DNA from: Eledone cirrhosa
Lineage: Eukaryota
Length of the DNA: 64,000 bases
NCBI GenBank assembly: GCA_964016885.1
Contig: OZ024742.1
Location: 170,562,001-170,626,000 of the forward strand
Reading direction: 5' to 3'
This document shows positions 57,866 to 64,000 of this stretch, in pieces. Each line of letters begins with the position of its first letter. Position 1 is the first letter of the stretch. Position numbers and translations under genes: made by a program. The notes below the pieces were generated by a model, which saw only the letters and a list, made by a program, of their open reading frames with translations, had not been told where the DNA came from and made no database searches.

Positions 57866-58388
57866 TAAATATCATTAAGTCGTTTGGAAGCCTCGACAAT
57901 GCAAATGAGTAAATCTCCGGGTAACAAGATCCGGTGGTGGAGAGAGAGGTGTATGTGGGTGTACGTTGAGATGTGTGGTGTGTATAAGATGTGTAGAAGA
58001 ATGAAGGAAAGAGTATAAAGGATAAAATAAAAATAACAACACGAGAGAGAGTTACCTTGGGAGAGATTTAATTGTCCCTATATATTTCGGATTCACATCC
58101 ATCAACTGGGGGTTTTTTCCGGGGTGGGGGAAGGGTTGTCTGTCGGAAAGGTGCGAAACGCGTCCTCCGCTGATTGTTGTTTTATTTTATCCTTTATACT
58201 CTTTCCTTCATTCTACTACACATCTTATACACACCACACATCTCAACGTACACCCACTTACACATCTCTCTCCACCACCGGATCTTGTTACCCGGAGATT
58301 TACCCATTTGCATTGTCGAGGCTTCCAAACGACTTAAAGATATTTACTTATTATTCGACAATGCTTCAAGCAAACTTCAATACTCTCT
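57866..58388. repeat. Inverted-repeat insert (~175-bp arms) in (TA)n
   Basis: 57866-58040 is the reverse complement of ~58176-58348. The spacer has a degenerate HHR-like motif on the minus strand (GAAATATATA ggga). Confidence 0.75.
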
Positions 58389-58393
58389 TATAT

Positions 58394-58490
<97 letters not shown>

Positions 58491-58562
58491 ATATTTATAT
58501 ATGTATATATGTATATGTATATATGTATATATGTATATATATATGTGTATATATATATGTAT

Positions 58563-58628
<66 letters not shown>

Positions 58629-58853
58629 ATGTATATGTGTGTAAGTGACTGTACATCTATATATATATATAAATATATATATATACGTGTGATGTAAGAG
58701 ATTAAATAACGTTTGAGGAAAGGTGAAGAAATGGAACCACTTGTAAGATTTATGACTAAGAAAGAAATGAAAGGAAAAACACACAAATAACAATAATATC
58801 TGGTTGTTGCCTTCAACACACTGTAACTATTGTATACATAGGTGCATCTGTAG

Positions 58854-58920
<67 letters not shown>

Positions 58921-58965
58921 TGTGTATAAATATATATATGTTATGTATATATATATATATATATT

Positions 58966-59358
58966 CGAGGGCAATCCCAAAAGTAAGGTCGCCTTCCGAT
59001 ATTGCAACTTTTCCGTTAAAATCCTGTGGATGGTGCTTCGGGAAACCTCAGGAACCAAAATGCAGAGAGCATCCAGAGTGATCCGCCGGTCTTTACGCAT
59101 GTTTTCCTCGGAATGAGACCTTACTTTTGGGATTGCCCTCGTATTTAATAACTACGCGAAATTCGCACTTGGCGGTAGCGTTCAACGGGAGCTCCATTCT
59201 CAACGGCTGCCAAGCCAAGATTGAGCATCCCAGCGAAGCGGGCGCATGCTTGTTTGGGAGTGAAGGAAGCACCAATCACAACAGTGTTGCCAACAGCCGT
59301 ACGGACAGTTTCTCTGCGTCCCCATCGCTTTGGAGACCTTACTTTTGGGATTACCCTC

Positions 59359-59359
<1 letters not shown>
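58966..59359 (-). mobile_element. Second copy of the mariner composite
   Basis: Same three-TIR architecture and peptides as 4775-5168. Confidence 0.85.
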
Positions 59360-59433
<74 letters not shown>

Positions 59434-60077
59434 CATGTATGTATATATGTCGGGTAGCTCTTGAGTGCTACTGGTAACATGTAACCCAGTACAACCTGTC
59501 GCATGGTCGGGTCATCTGCGACTAAACCGGCAACCCCACCAAGTTTAGTTGGTGAGGAGGGTGATTTTGGACACCCTGCAGGATAAAAAAACAAAACCTG
59601 AAAAAGGGCGGAAGAGCTTTTAAGAGTGAACGGCCATCCAAAAGTGTGTAAATATGTATATACACATGTACATATGTATGTATATGTATATGTGTATATG
59701 CATGGGTGCACGTCTATGTATATGCGCGGCGCCATAGACATAGTCGGGCTGAACACCCGATCGCGCGGTTAAACCACTGGGAGTGAAGGACCCCTAGCAT
59801 TTGTCAGGGCATTCCTCTAGGAGAAGGCAACTCAGGAAACTGGGATAACTCCAATATAAAACCTGCGGCTCAATAGTTACCGATGATGTTGACTTTTCTT
59901 CTTTTCGGGTTATAGCTACTGTCGCTCAGAGAGTGGGATTGGCTTAGTGCACAGTCTTTCCTCACTTTAAAAAATATCTTCATGCACAGGCATTGCGCGA
60001 TAGAATTAATTAATAATTATTAATAATGGTATATCGTGCAATGACCATACTCGATAACGAGGGGGCAGCCATCATCA

Positions 60078-60128
<51 letters not shown>

Positions 60129-60241
60129 GCCTGCCCGCCCAGCCAGTGGGATGGCGCTATCTTATGGCTAAAACAGCACGACGTGCTGTGACCAGCGGCG
60201 CCGAATGGCGCCCGACAGACTGGTCGGTCAAGGTCATCAAG

Positions 60242-60305
<64 letters not shown>

Positions 60306-60487
60306 TATATATATACACATATATATATGTACATATATATATACATATACATACACATATATATATATATGTGTGTATCATTCATATGAAATCAAATCAT
60401 TGTTTCATACGAATGAAACAGTTCTAGTCCCGCAGAACTCATTTCTATATAAATTAATGCACCCTATAATGGTGTATATATATGTAC

Positions 60488-60586
<99 letters not shown>

Positions 60587-60592
60587 CCTCTC

Positions 60593-60683
<91 letters not shown>

Positions 60684-60720
60684 GAAAAAGTTTCGTTTAC
60701 ATATGAAAACTATTTATTGC

Positions 60721-60823
60721 GTATCGACCAGTTACACGCGTTTCGCAGAGGATTGGCTCAAGGTGACCCATAGGAGTTATGGACCCGACTCCAGTATCGA
60801 TCTGCTCCTCAGACTGGTGATGC
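60721..60823 (-). ncRNA. Type I hammerhead with ~50-nt insertion in stem II
   Basis: Reverse complement: accagt CTGAGGA gcaga [~50 nt] tctgc GAAAC gcgt GTA actggt. Confidence 0.75.
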
Positions 60824-60829
60824 ATATAT

Positions 60830-61722
60830 CTACAAGTGGTCTCACCAAAGCACGTTCTTATCGGGGATTCTGCTTGGATAATGAAGCATTAGGAGGAACA
60901 CTATAGAGATCTGTTTCACAACCCATCTGTGGTGGATGCTTCTATAATCGAGAATTTACCCCGTTTACCATAGAAGTGAATAATATTCCATTAATGGACA
61001 AGCTTGATGCTGCATTAAGCCAGTTAAATAAAGGAAGACCTGGTGTGTTGCGGAGATAGAGTCAAGCAGCTGCTATATAACATATTTTTTTTTGGCCTGA
61101 CTGAACAAAGATAAAGCCAAAAAAATATTTGTTACTATTACAGAGATATTTTGTTGTTAGGCCATTCTGGCAAGACATTTACTAGACTAATGAAGCACAC
61201 TTACCCACATATTACACCCGGAATTCCAGTGTGGGTTTCGTGTTGCGAGGGGGCGCTTTACATGATTTTCCAGCTTGTCAATTTCAAGAGAAATGTCTTC
61301 AGGAACGTGTAAACCTTATTCTGGTATTCCTAGACTTAACTGAGATATTTGATACCGGGAATTGAGACGCACAATGTATTATCCTCGGAAAATTAGGTTG
61401 TACTTCATTTTTTGTTGAGAAGTTCAAGCAGATTCATGATAATATGAAAGCAAGGTTTAATGTCAATGGTTCCCTTTCTGATAAAGTGAACGTAGATAAT
61501 GGCGTAAAGCAGGGAGATGTTCCGGCTCCTAACTTGTTTTCGCTGTACTTTTGAGTCGTTCTTGCCAAATCGTTTAAGAAATGTGATGTTGGAGTTTGTG
61601 TTAGGTATACGACTACCGAGAAGCTATCTAATTTGCACCGCTTTTCTACCAGACATAGAAGTTTTGTATCAATGGTTCTTGACGTCCTCTATACCGATGA
61701 CCGTGACCTTCTGGCACATTCG
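60830..61722 (+). mobile_element. RTE LINE reverse transcriptase remnant
   Basis: PEFQCGFR, FLDLTEIFDT, LGKLGC, HDNMKARF, NGVKQGDVPAPNLFSLYF and LYTDD motifs with stops. Confidence 0.8.
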
Positions 61723-62920
61723 GATGTACCCCCCCCCTACACACACACATATTCTTTCTTTATTGTTTCAATAAGAGTTGTGCTTTTAACTGTCCCGGTC
61801 CCGTTAATATATTTCACACTTCATATCTTTAAAATCTGTAAAACTGCTACACAAACATCTCCTGTGAATAACTTATCTTGATATTACCGTTAACTCTAGC
61901 CCTCTCATTATCACAAGACGCGATGTAGAAGATGTAACAGATATCCTTATTACCAATGAAACTTATTTCACGCTTAAAGATCACAAGCCATCTATAAACT
62001 TTTTAACGTACTGAAATCTGATGTTGGTACCGTTAGTAAAAATGTTTCAATGTTTCAAAGATGCTATAATTCCCAGCTTTTACATTATCCCCTAATTCGT
62101 TAGGATAATACAGACACCGTCTCTAATGGTTCGATTCTATATACAATAAGTATTAATGTAATTTCTTTGAATTCAATAGCCGTGATTATTATACATCCAT
62201 TACCAGATTTATTCTTATAGCTTCTGTCAACTTTGCTAAAGCCATTACTACCATTAAACCTCTAGAATTTGATATATTACGCATTAAAACTTCTGTCCAC
62301 TTTTACAATAATGAAATTTAGCAACGACGTTGAACTACATATTCTACACTCCTTATACAAGAAGTTATTCTGTATCTCCGGAGGATTTATGTAAATAATG
62401 TATTATTCCATAATAAGGTAGTGTAATAGAATGCTTTATCCGGCTGTCTGCAATCTGAATTGAAATCCCACCGAAGTCTTCCATTTTTTTTTCTATGTCG
62501 ATAAACAACAAATTAGAGACCCATCTGTCAGAAAGACTATATGCTACATCTTCGTTTTCACTTTCCTATCATCAAAAATAACATGTACCCTATTTTAATT
62601 GTTACTTTTTCATTTGTACATACGCACTTACCGCTCTATTCAATACCCCCATCCCTCTCTCTCTATATATGCACATCATCAACACACCACAACTGACTAG
62701 TCTGACAATCGCCACCGAATGCGAGAAAGATTCCCAGAAAGTTAACTAGGACTTAAAGTTCTACATAGAACAACTATAACAAACTTACTATAAAGATTTG
62801 AATTATTAATATATATATATATATATGAGGGGCTCACTCTACTGACATAGCTTAAAAGAGACTGTTTGTATAATTGCAAACGAATCGAATATTATTCTTA
62901 ATATTCGAATAACTCAGATT

Positions 62921-63053
<133 letters not shown>

Positions 63054-63435
63054 GCACATAAAAGTATGTGTCCTATATGTAATTAATACATACATGGATA
63101 CAAGTATAGGCCGTATGCCAGTGTGATTCAATAGCAAGTTAATAGATTAACAAGCCAGAACATATAAAATCAAGGGAGTGTAAACACAGAAAATATCTTA
63201 ATATCTTGTATTAATTACATATAGGACACATACTTTTATTATTATTCTCCCCAATGGTAGAGACACCTTCTGTCGTTCGTATAGCTGCTATTTTTAGTAG
63301 CATTAGATTGACCTGTTCAACTTGCTTTCGCCTTTGCACGCGTTCCTAACCATAACTGATTCAATCTGAGGCAGTTTGGTATGGGGCCAGTTTGTAATTT
63401 GAACTCGGGAATTTTATATTCTCCGAGAGAGAAAA

Positions 63436-63516
63436 GCCTTCTGACGATGATCTCTTTCTCAATGAAAATCCACTTGGATTGTCTATTTATTTGTGATCTG
63501 AAACCGCGGTAAAGGC
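63436..63516 (+). ncRNA. Type I hammerhead with ~40-nt stem II loop
   Basis: gcctt CTGACGA t gatc [~42 nt] gatc t GAAAC cgcg GTA aaggc. Lies between inverted repeats ~63062-63200 and ~63572-63714. Confidence 0.7.
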
Positions 63517-63929
63517 ACATATAGTAAGTACAGTGAATGTTTTGGAATTTAATTATTTATTATTAATTTTAAAGATATTTTCTGTGTTTACACTCTCCTG
63601 ATTTTATATGTTCTGGCTTGTTAATTTATTAACTTGCTATGCTATTGAACCACACTGGCATACGGACTATACCTGTATCTCTGTATGTATTAATTACATA
63701 TAGGACACATACTTATATATATATATATATATATAAAGTAAGTCCATAGAATCATTAGATAAAATATATACAGTATTTCCTCTCCCAATCAGCATAAATC
63801 AACCATACAAAAAATCATTCAAACGAGGCTATAAGTTTAAAATATACTTATGAAGAAATAATAGATAAATGATATAGCTTCTTATCCGCGATCTACAGCT
63901 ACAGAAAATTTACCTAGTATTTCTAATAG

Positions 63930-63980
<51 letters not shown>

Positions 63981-64000
63981 TATAAATAATGCGGGTAATA

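Noticed and set aside
59450-59780. HDV-like ribozyme at the RTE-like 5' UTR
   Set aside because: P1/P1.1/P2/P3 pairings could not be assigned by eye.

Overview
This is AT-rich, microsatellite-saturated eukaryotic DNA. The (TA)n/(CA)n/(TATG)n density and the SINE types suggest an octopod cephalopod (inference). Nearly all ORFs in the supplied track are microsatellite artefacts. Supportable content: three phase-compatible candidate exons of a + strand host gene (86-206, 25040-25161, 38746-38801; C-terminal TM helix); Penelope-like element (PLE) remnants with RT and GIY-YIG; RTE and Tx1 LINE fragments; about 30 tRNA-derived SINEs; mariner-derived composites; MITEs; and non-autonomous Helitrons. 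The main signal is a dense population of type I hammerhead ribozyme (HHR) motifs read by eye. There are about 19 with complete cores from roughly 10 unrelated sequence families, plus many decayed or half copies, almost all inserted in (TA)n tracts. They include a 310-bp x5.5 tandem array with one HHR per unit (retrozyme-like). Many others are fold-back insertions whose apex lies at the ribozyme, and in one case at the predicted cleavage site. Folding and activity are predictions only, and repeat coordinates are approximate.
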